Assembly (NCBI RefSeq): GCF_009914755.1
Contig: NC_060938.1
Length of the DNA: 64,000 bases
Strand: one strand, 5' to 3'
DNA from: the human T2T-CHM13v2.0 reference genome, Homo sapiens
Shown here: one piece after another, positions 28,140 through 41,489 of the stretch
Layout of the letters: each line of letters starts with the position of its first letter
How positions within the stretch are numbered: the stretch's first letter is position 1
Program-made: the position numbers and the translations under genes
Notes under the pieces: generated by a model
The model's input: only the letters and a program-made list of their open reading frames with translations
Told to the model about the DNA's origin: nothing
Databases searched by the model: none

Positions 28140-28403
28140 CTTCAGCTTAGCCAACATCCGATTGACACTGGTCAGGTCCTTGCCCGGGTCGTCTGACCGC
28201 AGCTGGTCCTCCATGGCGCTGATCCACTTGTTGAGGTCAGCATGGGTCTGCAAGCGCAGGTCGGAGCTCCTGGCAGCCGAGAGGTGCTGGGTCTTCTCCT
28301 TTGTGGTGGCCTGCAGCTCGTCCCAGAGCCGGTGCAGGGCTTCCAGCTTTTGGGACACCAGGGCTGTAAACTGGGGCTTCTCATCCATCAGCTGCTTTCC
28401 TTC
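28140..28403 (-). CDS. SPTB: SPTB exon 20 ([10 protein letters not shown]...MLAKLK), non-canonical GC donor
   Basis: 264 bp; frame continuity with exon 21 (KLK-RVEDQ) requires the donor AAG|GCACGT. Confidence 0.93.
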
Positions 28404-28571
28404 CTAGGGGCAAGAAGGAGGAGAGCTCACATTCTGGGCTGACTGGGCCTTGGATCAGCCCTGCTCCTGATGGTTGCAAGAGGCTACCCAAGAGGAGGTC
28501 AGTAAGGCAAAGAATCTTCATAGAACATGGGTAAGACTCAACTGAAATGAACTCTGAATCCCCAGCATTAG

Positions 28572-28762
28572 CAGGGGTGTCCAAACTTTTGGCTTCCCTG
28601 GGACACTTTGGAAGAAGAATTGTCTTGAGACACACATAAAATACATTAACACAATAGTTGATGAGTTAAAAAAAAAAAAAAAAAGCCTGTGCATAATTTT
28701 CATGATATGCACCACCACAGATAAGGAAAAGGTCCTCATATTCAAAGGGTTAGACATGGCTG
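28572..28762. mobile_element. MER30-like DNA transposon remnant
   Basis: caggggtgtccaaacttttggcttccctggg...gaagaattgtctt start; gggttagacatggctg end. Confidence 0.8.
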
Positions 28763-29058
28763 GTAGGGGAAGCTGGGCAGGGAGAGCAGTGCTGGGGGCA
28801 ATGACTCAGGGAGACCGCAGCATGGGAGTTGCAGACAAGGGTCAGCTGCTGTGAGAAAAAGGATTCCAGACCCATCCAGGTACAGTCAGTGCAGAAACTG
28901 CCCCGTGAGTTCCTGAGGTTGTGCACTAACCTTCGCTGACCTCCTTCGGTTACTGAGGTTGCCTTACCTGGTTTTCATCTGCATAGATGTATCATTTTTG
29001 GGTGGGCACAGTGTGATATAAATTGGACTTAGGAATCTATATCACTAATAATAGTTAA

Positions 29059-29351
29059 TTTTTTTTTTTTTGAGACAGCGTCTCTCTCTGTTGCCCAAGC
29101 TGGAATGTAGTGGCACAATCTTGGCTCACTGCAACCTCCGCCCCCCAGTTTAAGCCCTTTTGTGTCTCAGTCTCCTGAGTAGCTGGGATTACAGGCGTAT
29201 GCCACCATGCCCAGATAATTTTTGTATTTTTAGTAGAGATGGGATTTCGCCATGTTGGCTAGGCTGGTCTCGAACTCCAGACCTCAGGTGATCCGCCCAC
29301 CTCAGCCTCCCAAAGTGCTGGGATTACAGCTGTGAGCCACCGTGCCTGGCC
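29059..29351 (-). mobile_element. AluS
   Basis: Antisense Alu, TSD taatagttaat. Confidence 0.95.
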
Positions 29352-30096
29352 TAATAGTTAATATTTATTGAGTGTCTCATAATTGCCAAGTACTATGCTA
29401 AATGTTTCATTTGTCTTTAAGCATTTAGTGCTCACAACTCCACTGGGAAGGTCCTATTATTACTCTCATTTCATAGAGGGAGAAACTGAGGCACAGGGAG
29501 GTTAAGAAGTCAGTCTGATCCTAGGGCTGCTTTTTCATGGACAGCCATGGTAGAGATGAGCAAAGGTAGTGATTTCCACATCTAATTCCAGCCACATTTG
29601 GACTTGTCCACTGGGCAAACTCACTACAGAGGGGTCCCTTGGTTCGCCATCTATAAGGAGTGGAAACGACCACTCCCCAGTGGTTCTGTCCATCCAAATG
29701 ATGAGGATTAATGGCTCCCCTGGACCACTGTGATCATCTTGCCTATTCCTCCAGCCCTGTGCAGGACAGTGCTGGAGCCCTGGTGAAGGCAATGGAAAGC
29801 AAACATTAATAACTGCTGTCCTGGCACTGGACACTGAAGCTCTAACTAGATGTCCTCAGTGTCCTGGGCTGTCCCCAGATTCAGGTGACCCAGAAGAGGC
29901 ACTGATTCTGACCAGGTGTACTAAGACTGACTACATCAGGAGCTCTGAAGGTTTAGCTACTATTTAGAAAAGTTGTTCGCTGCCACGTTCTGTACTGTCA
30001 GCAAGCTTTAGGACAGGGTCCACACCCTGGGTGAAGCCCATCCAGGCAAGCCTATCTGAGCAGAGCACCCACCCGCCGCCCAATCACTTTACTTAC

Positions 30097-30243
30097 CGCA
30101 TCGATGTTCTCTAGCCACCCTTCATGGGAAGCCAGCTCTGCCACAAACGCCTGGTGCTTTAGCCATTTATTGTGAAGGTTTCGTGCTTCATCATAGGAGA
30201 CATCCTGAGATGTCAGCAGCTTGTCGTTGATCCAGAGAGTGAG
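30097..30243 (-). CDS. SPTB: SPTB exon 19 ([10 protein letters not shown]...LENIDA)
   Basis: 147 bp, AG acceptor, GCG|GTAAGT donor. Confidence 0.96.
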
Positions 30244-30832
30244 CTGTGTGCATAAAGAGTGGGCTGACTATCCCTGAGTATATTTCTTTGGCAGAGCAGA
30301 ACCTGCTGCCCATCCCTGGCTGCAGAAGGAGAAGGCCATGGGGAGGAAGTGCAAGCACAGAAGAGAACCCATCTGCAGTTCTGGATCCCTCTGTACCAGC
30401 ACAGGCAACTTTACCCATGACAGGCCAGGGCTAAAATGTGGGCACAGGTGCATCTTCCCCACTGGAGTGTGTGTGGTGTAGACCAGGGATACTTTACGCT
30501 CCTCTCCATATTTTGAGGACCTAGGACAGGGCCTAGCATATTCTAGGAACCCAACGAGTGTTTACTGGATAGGTGGATAAATCCGTCCTTTGGCCGTAGG
30601 GTGAGAGATCCTTGATAAACACAGGAAAAAATGTTATTTGAGGAAGAAGCCAAGGACAGAGGTCAATGAAAACAAAGTTGTCTGGGCTGAGAGAAAAGGA
30701 GTATGACAAGAAAGAAGTCAGGGAAAACCCCATTCCATGTAGAAAGTACTGTCAATGGAGGGACCTGGGAAGGCGGATTAAAGACCTTCCTTGTACAGCT
30801 GGTCCCAGGTTGAGCAAGGACCTTCTGAGCTA

Positions 30833-31162
30833 GCAGTTTTCCAACTGGCAGGTTTGTTTAAAATGTTCTTTCTCTGTCTCACCCCGTAAAGTTCTGATTC
30901 ATCTGGCCTGAGTGGGACCCAGGGGTCTGCTTTAACTAGGACCAGGACTGGCTCCATAATTTGTAGGGCCCAGTACAAAATGGAGTTGTTCAAAAGCATG
31001 AAGAATTTCAAGATGGCAAGAGTAGAGCATTAACCTGAGCCCAGGGCCCTTCTAAGCAAAGCACAGGGTGTGACACAGGTCACACATCCTCAAAGCTGGC
31101 CCAGACTGGGTCCTAGGTGATTCTAAAATAGACTGTCCCTAGACTACTCTTAAGAAACTCTG
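30833..31162. mobile_element. MER5-like MITE with a nested MER45-like (hAT-Tip100) element at about 30942-31105
   Basis: ataatttgtagggcccagtacaaaatg...gaatttcaagatggc motif inside a MER5-like body. Confidence 0.6.
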
Positions 31163-31386
31163 GCCTAGACTTGACAGGTTAAGGATGACTTTTCAGATTT
31201 GAAAAAAAAAAAACAGTGCAACTGAAGATTCCAGAGAATGACCCAATTAAGTACCCAGAGGTCCCCGCTCATGGAATCCCACAGCTCTTGAGCTAGAAAG
31301 GATCCCTGTGGACTTCCTGCCTTGAGGGAACTCTGCTTCTAGAAAGGAATCTCCAGGAAAGCAGCCACTCCTTGCTGGAGCCTCAC

Positions 31387-31477
31387 CTCCTGGCAGTTCT
31401 GGAGGAAGTTCTGTAGCTCCAGGTTGTCTCTCAGTAGGACAGAGGCCTCCTGGGCCTTCTCGTTGTTCTTCCTGTGC
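31387..31477 (-). CDS. SPTB: SPTB exon 18 ([10 protein letters not shown]...LQNCQE)
   Basis: 91 bp, AG/GT bounded, translated by hand. Confidence 0.96.
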
Positions 31478-31536
31478 CTGGAAAGGAAGCCAAAAGCACA
31501 GTCACAATAGTGCCGAGCTTGGGGTCCTCACCAAGC
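31476..31536 (-). ncRNA. MIR7855: miR-7855 precursor hairpin in intron 17; 5p arm UUGGUGAGGACCCCAAGCUCGG at 31513-31534
   Basis: Mature sequence recognised from memory; hand-folded stem (UUGG/CCAG, GAGGA/UCCUU, AAGC/GCUU, CGG/CUG, CAC/GUG) ends at the intron AG. Confidence 0.8.
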
Positions 31537-31598
31537 TTGGGGTCCTCACTACCCCCGTGTGGCTCTGGGGGCCTCGTGGCCCTGGGGCCCGGGAGTAC

Positions 31599-31801
31599 CT
31601 GTCCTCAATCAGCTGCACCTTCTCCTTGATCTTGTCTGAGTATAGGTTTCCCTCAGCTACCAGCTTGTTTCCAGAGTCCACAGGACTCAAGACCTTATCC
31701 CGGTTGTTCTCCATAGACCCCAAGAAATCCTCAAACTTCCGGATCCCAGCCTCTGCAGCTTCCAGGGAGTCTGGGGGCTCCAAGTGAGCCAGAGTGTATT
31801 C
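31599..31801 (-). CDS. SPTB: SPTB exon 17 ([10 protein letters not shown]...QLIEDR)
   Basis: 203 bp, AG/GT bounded. Confidence 0.96.
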
Positions 31802-32253
31802 CTGTTGGAACAAGTTTCCAGACAAGGCATGAAGACACACGGAGGAGGTGATGAGCACACCTCCCAAGTGGGAGCACCACGTGCAGCCACACAGGCCACG
31901 GTATGAATGAGCCCCCTAGAGTAGTACAGGGAGGAGGCACTACTCCCCAGGCCTTGCCCCCACCCCTACCCCAGGGGCACACAATAAACAGTGTGCCTAA
32001 AGCCACATGGAAGGCTAACCACCCAGGGCAAAATGCGCTTCTCTAGCCTCTGATAGACCCAAGAACAAGGCGTAGTTTGGGACACAAGGCTGGAAAAGGC
32101 CCCTAATGAGAAACAAAGATTTCCCCCATGAGTGAATACAGAGTACAAGACAAGAGTAATGTGGTCCCTGAGTCTTACAGCACATTTGTGGACTCACCAC
32201 AAGAGCTACTGCCCTGAGAGACCCGCCTGTCCCAGCCCTGAATGCCTCTCTAC

Positions 32254-33010
32254 CTGGTTGCTGAGGATGGCTTCAGCCTGCTTGGCATCTTTCTGGAACT
32301 CCTGGAAGCCAAGGCACTGAGCGAGGGTGTGGCTGCGGCTCTCCCACATCCTGCCCAGGGCATTCCAGCCAGTATCCAGGCCCTCCAGCCGCTGGCCCAG
32401 AAGCAGATACTCTGGGTCCGTCTGGCCTTGGATCACTTTCTCCCCAGACTCCTTAACACGCTGGTAGCTGTCTTGGTGCCCGTCAATCTCATCCTTGATA
32501 CCTGCATGCTGCTGCAGGAGCTGCTCAGCCTCTGGGAGGGATTCGGGCATGTCCTCAGAGGCCACAGCCTTCTGGGTGATGGAGAGCCAGGCCTGGAAGT
32601 CATCCAGATCCTGCAGGAAGGCCTGCAGCTGGCTGACTTCCCCCAGCAAGTCCTCCTGGCCCTGCAGGGATTGCTGCAGGCCCTGCCACAGCTCCTCCAA
32701 GTGTTTTTGCCGCTGACCAATATCCTCCTTCTGCTCAGGGTGCGAGTCCATCAGCTGCTGGGACTCACGCTCCAGGGCATCCACACGGGCCTGGATGGCG
32801 GCCACGTCACGCTCCAGCCCTGACAACTTCCTCTGGATGGCGATGATACCTGCCAGGTCCCGCCCCAGGTCTTTTGTGGACTCCACTACCTTTGTCTTGT
32901 CCGTGATCCACTTGCTGGTCTCCTCGCAATCTACGCAGTAGTTGTGCACTCGGAGGGCTGAGTCCACAGCCTCCCGCCGCTCCGACACCAGGGTCTGAAA
33001 TGCCTGCCAC
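32254..33010 (-). CDS. SPTB: SPTB exon 16 ([10 protein letters not shown]...AILSNQ)
   Basis: 757 bp, AG/GT bounded; within ORF 32206..33072. Confidence 0.97.
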
Positions 33011-34917
33011 CTGCCGGATGGGGACACAGCCCGGAGGAGAGAGACACCTTCTCCCTTAGCTCTTCTTCCCATAGGAGACCCTGACCCCTTCCCACATTTC
33101 CCACAAGTCTCCCCCCACAGACTTTGTATGATAAAAAGAAAAAAAAAAATCTACCTAACGAAGTGTAGGTGAGCAAAATTCACTTCTCCAATTTTACTCA
33201 AGACATATATAACTGTCAATCAGATCTTTTGATCAGCAGGGGGCAATTAATTATGTGACTCCAACCATAAGTAAAGGAACATGAAAGCAAAGTCTATGCA
33301 TGTAGTTGGAGTTCAGGCAAATATACAATTTCCCCAGAGTTTATGAAATATCAAAATAATTAAAAGGCTCACATTAACTTCAAGAATGCTTCAGGACATA
33401 GGGTCCCCAGCTGCCCTAGAGGAACCAAGTAAATGCCCAAGGCCACATGCAACGTCTCCTAGGGCCTGAAAGAGATCACCTTGGATCTAAGAGAAAAGAT
33501 GCCCTGGTGAAAAAGAAGAGGAAGAAGAGGACAGGGAAGAAGAGAATGGGGAGGAATAAGTTGTGATGATAATTTAAGTGACTAGCATAATCTTAACCTT
33601 CGAGTGCAGTGTTGCTATGAAATACGGAAATGTGCTAAGGTCTGGCGGATGCCTGGGGGCCTGGGGTCAGTCTGCAGTACACGATAAGCCTCTTTCAAAG
33701 AGCTGCCCATCAGCCAGGCCAGACCACTAGGGACACTGCCCTTGGGCCTAGGTTCACTCATTCTGCATCACTGTAATATGCAGGCTGAATGCTCATTCTC
33801 TAATCGAACCCATCTTTCTCGAACACCCACAGGGGTATAAGCCATTTTATTGGCCTTTGGGAGAATATAGACATAACCAGACCATGCCCTGTGGGGTGTA
33901 TGATTTAGAGAAATATTCAGACAAGCTCACAAATAACATAGCATAAAGTTTCATGTGCACAGCACCTAACAGGCAGAGAGGAGGATTAAGGCAGCTGGAA
34001 GGAGCAATGGGGTGACAGTTGCTCACGTGACCTCCACACAACCCATCACTGGACACAAAGCCCCAGTCAGTGAACACACCCCCAGTGCCTCCACTGGAGT
34101 GACCAATTAAAGGATGGGACCAAGTGTCTCATTCATCTTTGTACCCTGCCTCAGGGGATGGAGGCTGAGGGACTAGGAGATGGACTGGACAGAGAGCGCT
34201 GTTGTGCATTCCCAAGGTGTGACAACAGCAGCCAGTATGATTTGAAAGGTCTGCAGAGAGATATAAGAGACAGGCTGGGAGAGACCAGGGATACGAGAGA
34301 GGAGAGAGAGCCTGCAGATTTCTCGGCTCCCATCCTAGACCATGAAGACCCCGTGCTCTGGGAATTCCGTGCCTGTCTGGCACACAGATGGTGCTCTGAG
34401 GCTAGGAAATCAAGGGGTTTTCTCCAAGTTTGTTTGAAAGCCCTGGAATCGACAGGGAAGTGTTCCTGGGAGAGGGTCTGGCTGTGTCCCCAGGCAAGAG
34501 GCCCCATAGTGATTTTCCAGGCCTTTCCTGGAGTGGCCTCACTGTAGCCATTGGGTGGAGGCCACACCAAGATGCACTGGAGCTTGGGTCTAGTCTGCTT
34601 CCCAAACCTACACTTGCCCCCTCCACTGCACTGTCTTTGAGATGGAGGAGGTTGATAGAGCCACTCTAGTTATCACTGGTCAGGCAACATCAAGAGTCTA
34701 GGTTTGGTCCTGGGCCAGGTTTTTCTTCAACTGGAAAGCATACGGTGAAAGATGATCACACATTCATCAAGTGTTTGAATGACTCACACATAAGCTTGGC
34801 AGAAAAACCTTAGTTTTTTCCCAGTTCACTCATGTACTAAGCATTTATCAAGCAACTCTCAGTTGCCTTGTGGCAGACACTGACCTAGGCACTAGGGATA
34901 TGACAAAGAACTATGCA

Positions 34918-35229
<312 letters not shown>

Positions 35230-37096
35230 AGAGTAATGCAAAGTCCTTGCTTTCATTCAAGTGGATAGAGACATAAACAAGTCTATAATCCATCAAGTGG
35301 TGATAAGCGCAAAGAAAAAATAAAAGAAGGTAACAATATAGAGGCCAAGTGGGTCAGTGAGAGGAAGGATGTGCTGCTTTCCATGGGGCGGTCAGCGGGG
35401 GCCATGCCAGTAAGCTGACATTTGAGCTGAGACCTGAATAAAAAGAGTAAGCCAAGGGCATAGCTAGGAAAATAATACTCTAAACAGCAGGAACCCCAAA
35501 AATGTATTAGGTGTGCAAAGCCCTTGGGCAATATAAATAGATACAGGTCTTCATTTGTTTACATAGTCTAGCAGGAAAGTCCTTGGGGACAAAAATAATT
35601 AGAATGTAAGATAGGATATGAAGCTCAAAACCAGTACAAAGGAGGAAAAGATTGCTTTTCATCTGGAAAACTGGAAAGCAAGCGACTTGGACTGGCTCAT
35701 GCAGAGACAGGATTTGGAATATGTAGAGGGAGGGAGAATGCACCCTGAGGGAAAGAACCGCAGAGGCATGAGGCGACACTGGGGGTGGAGGTATAGAATG
35801 AGCATTGTTCTGAAAAATAATTGAAGAGCTATACACGGAAGAGGAACCAGGGTAAGTGTGATATCTCTCAAGGGCAGAGCCAGAATCAATATGTACGCAT
35901 TTCAAGGAGGCAGATTTCCACTCAATGGAAGAGCAAACTTTTTAACCAAAAAGAATTGCCCAAAAATGAGATAGGCTGCCGGGTGAGGGAGTGAGTTCCC
36001 CATCACTGGCTAGACTGGGTGACTTCTCAGGTTCCTTTCAACTCTCAAATTTAATTTCATGCCTCGGGTTTTTTTCTCACTTAAGGATGGCAGGTACCTT
36101 GATATTTTTCTCTTGGGGATGGGGCCTGTTTTAGGGGTCTGTAAAGATCAACATTCTCAGACTATAGTTTATTGTTGAGCTGATGAGTTCTTCCTCTCAG
36201 GAAGTTTCTCTGGTTTAGACCTGCTCTAGTTTCCTCAATTATGCAGCAATTGCAATAATCTCTACCACCTCCTGCCCACCAACACACACAAACTCATTAC
36301 CTACAAGGCGAAAGAAGAGGGAAGAGGTATTCTCTTCCTTTGTAAAACATCAGATTGACAAAGGAATCTCCTAAACCGCACTCTGCAGCTTGGGCTGCTA
36401 AGACAATCATCCCATTCTAGTGGCTCTAAAGAATTCTGGTCATCGCTGCCTCCCCTTAGCCCCCCAGTGAACTCTCCACTGTGCCGATCCCTTTCTTTAC
36501 AATGGAGTCTTCCCTAGGCCCACCTCCCAGATTGCCTCAGGCAGAGCAACGCTCAGGCACAGGTGTGGGGAAGGGGCTGGGGTAATGGGGAGGTGGTGAA
36601 CATGTGGCATTGCATGTGCAGGGCCCACGGTAAAGACAGGGAATGCAGGCATTTGCGGTGTCCTCAAAGATCCTCCAGGAACTCATGGGCAATTTCACCC
36701 CACACTGAAAGCACCCCCTCTCTAAAGGCTCCTTGGGGCCTATTTTTTGTTCTGGCCACAAAGCTTGCTTAAGGCTCCCTGCTAATTCTCCTCTTCCTTC
36801 AAGCCAGCCTCATTATCGATACTGCATTTGGCAGAGGCAGGAGCATTATTTTATGGACAGTACTTAAGAGCTCTCAGAAAGCAATTTTCTCTGCCCAAGA
36901 ATGTCCAGGGAAATATAGCATGAGAAGCATATGGCCTGATTCTAAGTTTGGGCACACTTGGGATGTGCCCTCCATCACACATACACACCCACCCTCCCCA
37001 GGCACAGCATTCGAGCCTCCCAGGACTCGTCTCTCTCCCTCCCTGGGCTGTTCACCACCTCAATCATTCCTCCTTGCTGCTATAGTTCCAGTACTA

Positions 37097-38002
<906 letters not shown>

Positions 38003-38846
38003 TTACTGTGTATTTGTGTGGGGGATGTCAATTGTCACAAGGGCCACCTTCCAGGCCTCTGCTTTTCCGGCTGTTGCTTTTGGACTCTGAGTCCAATGCC
38101 TTGACATCTTAACCCAAAAGATACCCTTTCCAGCCAGGTGCTCCATTCCTGGGTAAGATAAGGAAAAGCTGCTGGGGCGGTGGTCGGGGGGAATTTGTGG
38201 TTCTGAAGGCCGATCCTTCTAGGGTAAGAGCCCAGGACTCTCCAGCATCAGTGCAGCACCACCTTGGCACTGTTCCAGAGAGCGGCCTCTCCTTCTCCTG
38301 ACTGCCTGAATTCTGTGCTTCAGCTGCTGAGATGCTGCACAGACTGGGGCATGCCTCATCATCTGGGGTGCTGACAAAATCAGAACACCAGGGGTGAGAG
38401 TGGCCTTGCAGACAGGGGGTTTGCAAATTCTCTCTGTGGCCCCTCAGAGTCTCCTGGCTTAAGGACTGCCACAGAAAGCTAGAGCTGGCAGGGTCCTGGC
38501 CTCTCAACCTCCTTCTCCAGAGTAGCTCCATTTTTCCTCTGTGTGACCTGGGGGTTCCATACACAATTCATCTGAGCAAAGACTGCTATTGCTGAAAAGT
38601 AATTGAATAACTGGACTAGATAAATTCCCTTTGTTTGAGGAACACAAGGCCCCAAAGGGTGAAGTACCCCAGGCCACAGAGCCAGAATAGAACTTATGAC
38701 TCCTAATGCCAGGACTTTGCAACAAAGGACATCCCAGGGCCTCTCAAAGAGACCTTTGCTGATCCAGAGACTATTACCAAACTAGGTGGGAGATGGTGCC
38801 CAGGCCTGGGTACAGGGACGTGAGGAAAAGATGAGTTAACTCTGAC

Positions 38847-39717
38847 CTGTGCTGCACGACCTCCAGGTCCTCCAGGGTGTCTGGCATTTCCATCTCGGCC
38901 AGCCACTTCTCCTTCTCTCCCATCCACAGCTCACAGGCGTCTGTCTCCCCGAACACCGTGTACAGGTCCAGGGCTTCCTGCAGCCTCTGCTGACGCAGGT
39001 CCGCCTGGGCCACCACCTGTTGGTAGAGCTCCCGCAGGGCCTGCAGCCGATGGGTCACATCTGGGGAATCCCGAAACTCTTCGGGGAATCCCTGGGCCTG
39101 CTGCTCCAGGTGCTCCATCACCCCACGGCTCTCCTCCAGCTCCTCCAGGAAGTCCTTGTGCTTTTTCCCCAGGGCCCGCGTGGCCCCTTCGTCCTGCCCC
39201 ACATCTTCACCAGAGAGCAGCCGGTGGGCGTCTTGCAGCCAAGCCTTCAGGTCATCCGCATCGCCCTGGAACTGGAAAAAGTTCTCAGCATCCTGGAGGT
39301 TCTTCTTGCAGAAGGCAGCCAGGTCCTTCAGCTGGTCCCACTGTGCCGACACCTCCTTTATGCGGGCCTCGATCTGCGGGTGCCCAAACTGCTTGCGCGC
39401 AACCATGCCATGAGCCTCCTGGAAGATCTGCTCCAGGTGAGCATCCAGCCCACGGAGCTCATCCTCAAAGGCCTTGTGCTTGCGCTGTAAGATGAGCACA
39501 CTGGTCAGGTCTTTGCCATAGTCCAGGGAAGAATAGATCTGCTCCTTCTCCTTGATCCAGCTCTCAGCCTCATCCATCTCCCAGAAGAACTTCCAGAGTC
39601 GTTTGGACTGCTCCAGTTGGGCCTTCCGCCCAGCTGCCATGTTGCTCAGCTCCTCAAAGCACTGCTCCAAGTGGCTGATGCGGTCCTGGATGACCTGGGG
39701 GTCACAAGGCTGGTACC
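38847..39717 (-). CDS. SPTB: SPTB exon 14 ([10 protein letters not shown]...EVVQHR)
   Basis: 871 bp, AG/GT bounded; within ORF 38774..39745, several spectrin repeats. Confidence 0.97.
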
Positions 39718-40316
39718 CTGGAAGAAATAGGGGGAAGGAGGACAAAGTGGGGGATGGGCTTCATTTATGGGCACGCTTCAGATAAGCTGCTAGGTTGGAA
39801 CTACACAACCCTGAAGCTGCCATGTCACTGGGGCTTTGGGGTTGGATGCAGGGGGGTCCCAGTTGCTCAGAGGGTGGACAGATTCTTTATAATTATTTCC
39901 CACTGAACTTCAGGGTTAAGGAAGATAAAAAGTGGGGTTAGTTCTTAATAGAAATGTACAACATAAAATTATTTTTAAATTAATTAAAAAAATTTCAAGG
40001 TCATTCTTGAAAGATGCAGTGAGGTCTCTTATTTAAAACAAGAATCTGGAAACCTAAATTGTCTCAGCCATAACTTGAACTAGCAAGGAGAATGAAGGAC
40101 AGAGGGTGCCTCCTTGGTGATTATAGGTTACCGAAGCAGTTGCCTGCTCTCTAGAGAATTTGGCTGGTCCCTCAAGCTTCTTTCTTGGACCATTACTTGA
40201 TGAAAGTAACAGAACTTTAAAGTTGGTTCCAGGAGATTTATCCAAGTTGGGTTGTTAGGCCAGAGGTGAGGCTCTGGCATTGGAAGCCTCAAAAGGGGAG
40301 ACAGACTTGGTCTCAC

Positions 40317-40467
40317 CTTTCCCCTCGGTGAACTTCAGGGTGGCTGCGGTGATGGCCTTCACTTTGTCCCCTTGGATGGCGATGTCAGCTTCCATCAACT
40401 TGTGCTTCTGTAGCAGGTCTTCAACCTCCAACAAGTGCTTCCCAAACTCGGCAGACAAGAGGTGAGC
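40317..40467 (-). CDS. SPTB: SPTB exon 13 ([10 protein letters not shown]...KFTEGK)
   Basis: 151 bp, AG/GT bounded. Confidence 0.96.
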
Positions 40468-41186
40468 CTGGCAAAGAGAACAGCAGAAAGGAAATGAGGA
40501 GAAGTGAAGAGACCTACACATTAGGAGAAGAGACCCCTGCAAAGGGCATGTCTCTAGTAATCTGAGCAAGGGTGAGCCAAATGCAGCCAGAAAAGGGCTG
40601 CTGCTGAGGATGGAAGAAGCTCCAGAGGGAGAGTGCCTACTGGGGGTGCCCATCAGCATCATCCATAGAACATCTTACAGATGCTCAAGCCCCACACTCA
40701 TCTACTGCATCGGTCTCAGGGTTGGGGCCTGGCCATGTGTATTTTCACAAAGCTCCAGGGGCAGTCTGATGTGTGTCCTCAGCTGAGACCCACTGCGGCA
40801 GAGAGAGAGGAGAGGTTGCCCTCATGCTGGGAGGTCTGGATTCTAACCAGAGTCAAATTGTAATTACTAAGAGCTTGATTCTCCAGGTTCCTGATTAATG
40901 TCTGTCTCTTCAAGGCCCTGAAGGTTGGCACCGGTGCTGCCACAAACCCAAGATTTCTCGGTCACCAGGGTACCATGGACCTGGGCTGGTATCACCTGCT
41001 GGAGCAGAGTGGACCAAGAGGCAGAGAGGCAGGTGCAGCTAGACACTTTGCTGCCTCAGTTTCTCTATTTTGACTCAGAGATATGACTGGCTGGGAGGTG
41101 TCTAAGGAAGCCTATGCTAACTGCAGGGCCACTGAGACCCAAGGTGAGCACTGCAGGGCATGGCGGGGGCGGCCCCCAGGGCCCAC

Positions 41187-41489
41187 CTTGATCTCATCCA
41201 TCCAGTCGATGCTGTGCAGCATGTCCTGGAAGAGCTTCTGCAGTGCCAGGGTGGTCTCGAGCCTCTGGCGCCGGGACTGCAGCAGCTCCTGCAGGTAGCT
41301 CCATAGGCGCAGTATATTGTCCTTGCGGGCCGTGATGCGCTTCTGGTCATGGTAGTTCTCTTTCTCCAGCTCCTGAGCCAGGTCCTCCAGGGCTCTCACC
41401 CGCTCCTCGTAGGCAGCCGTGTCGGTCTCGATGGCCTCATGCTTCTTCTTGGCGGCCTCCACAGCTGCCAGGTCATACCCAAAGTTATC
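41187..41489 (-). CDS. SPTB: SPTB exon 12 ([10 protein letters not shown]...WMDEIK)
   Basis: 303 bp, AG/GT bounded; within ORF 41112..41498. Confidence 0.96.

Noticed and set aside
38849-39490. Long + strand ORFs opposite exons 14, 16, 23 and 26 (also 32242..32823, 20792..21469, 18445..18870)
   Set aside because: Antisense shadows of GC-rich spectrin codon usage; their limits track the SPTB exons
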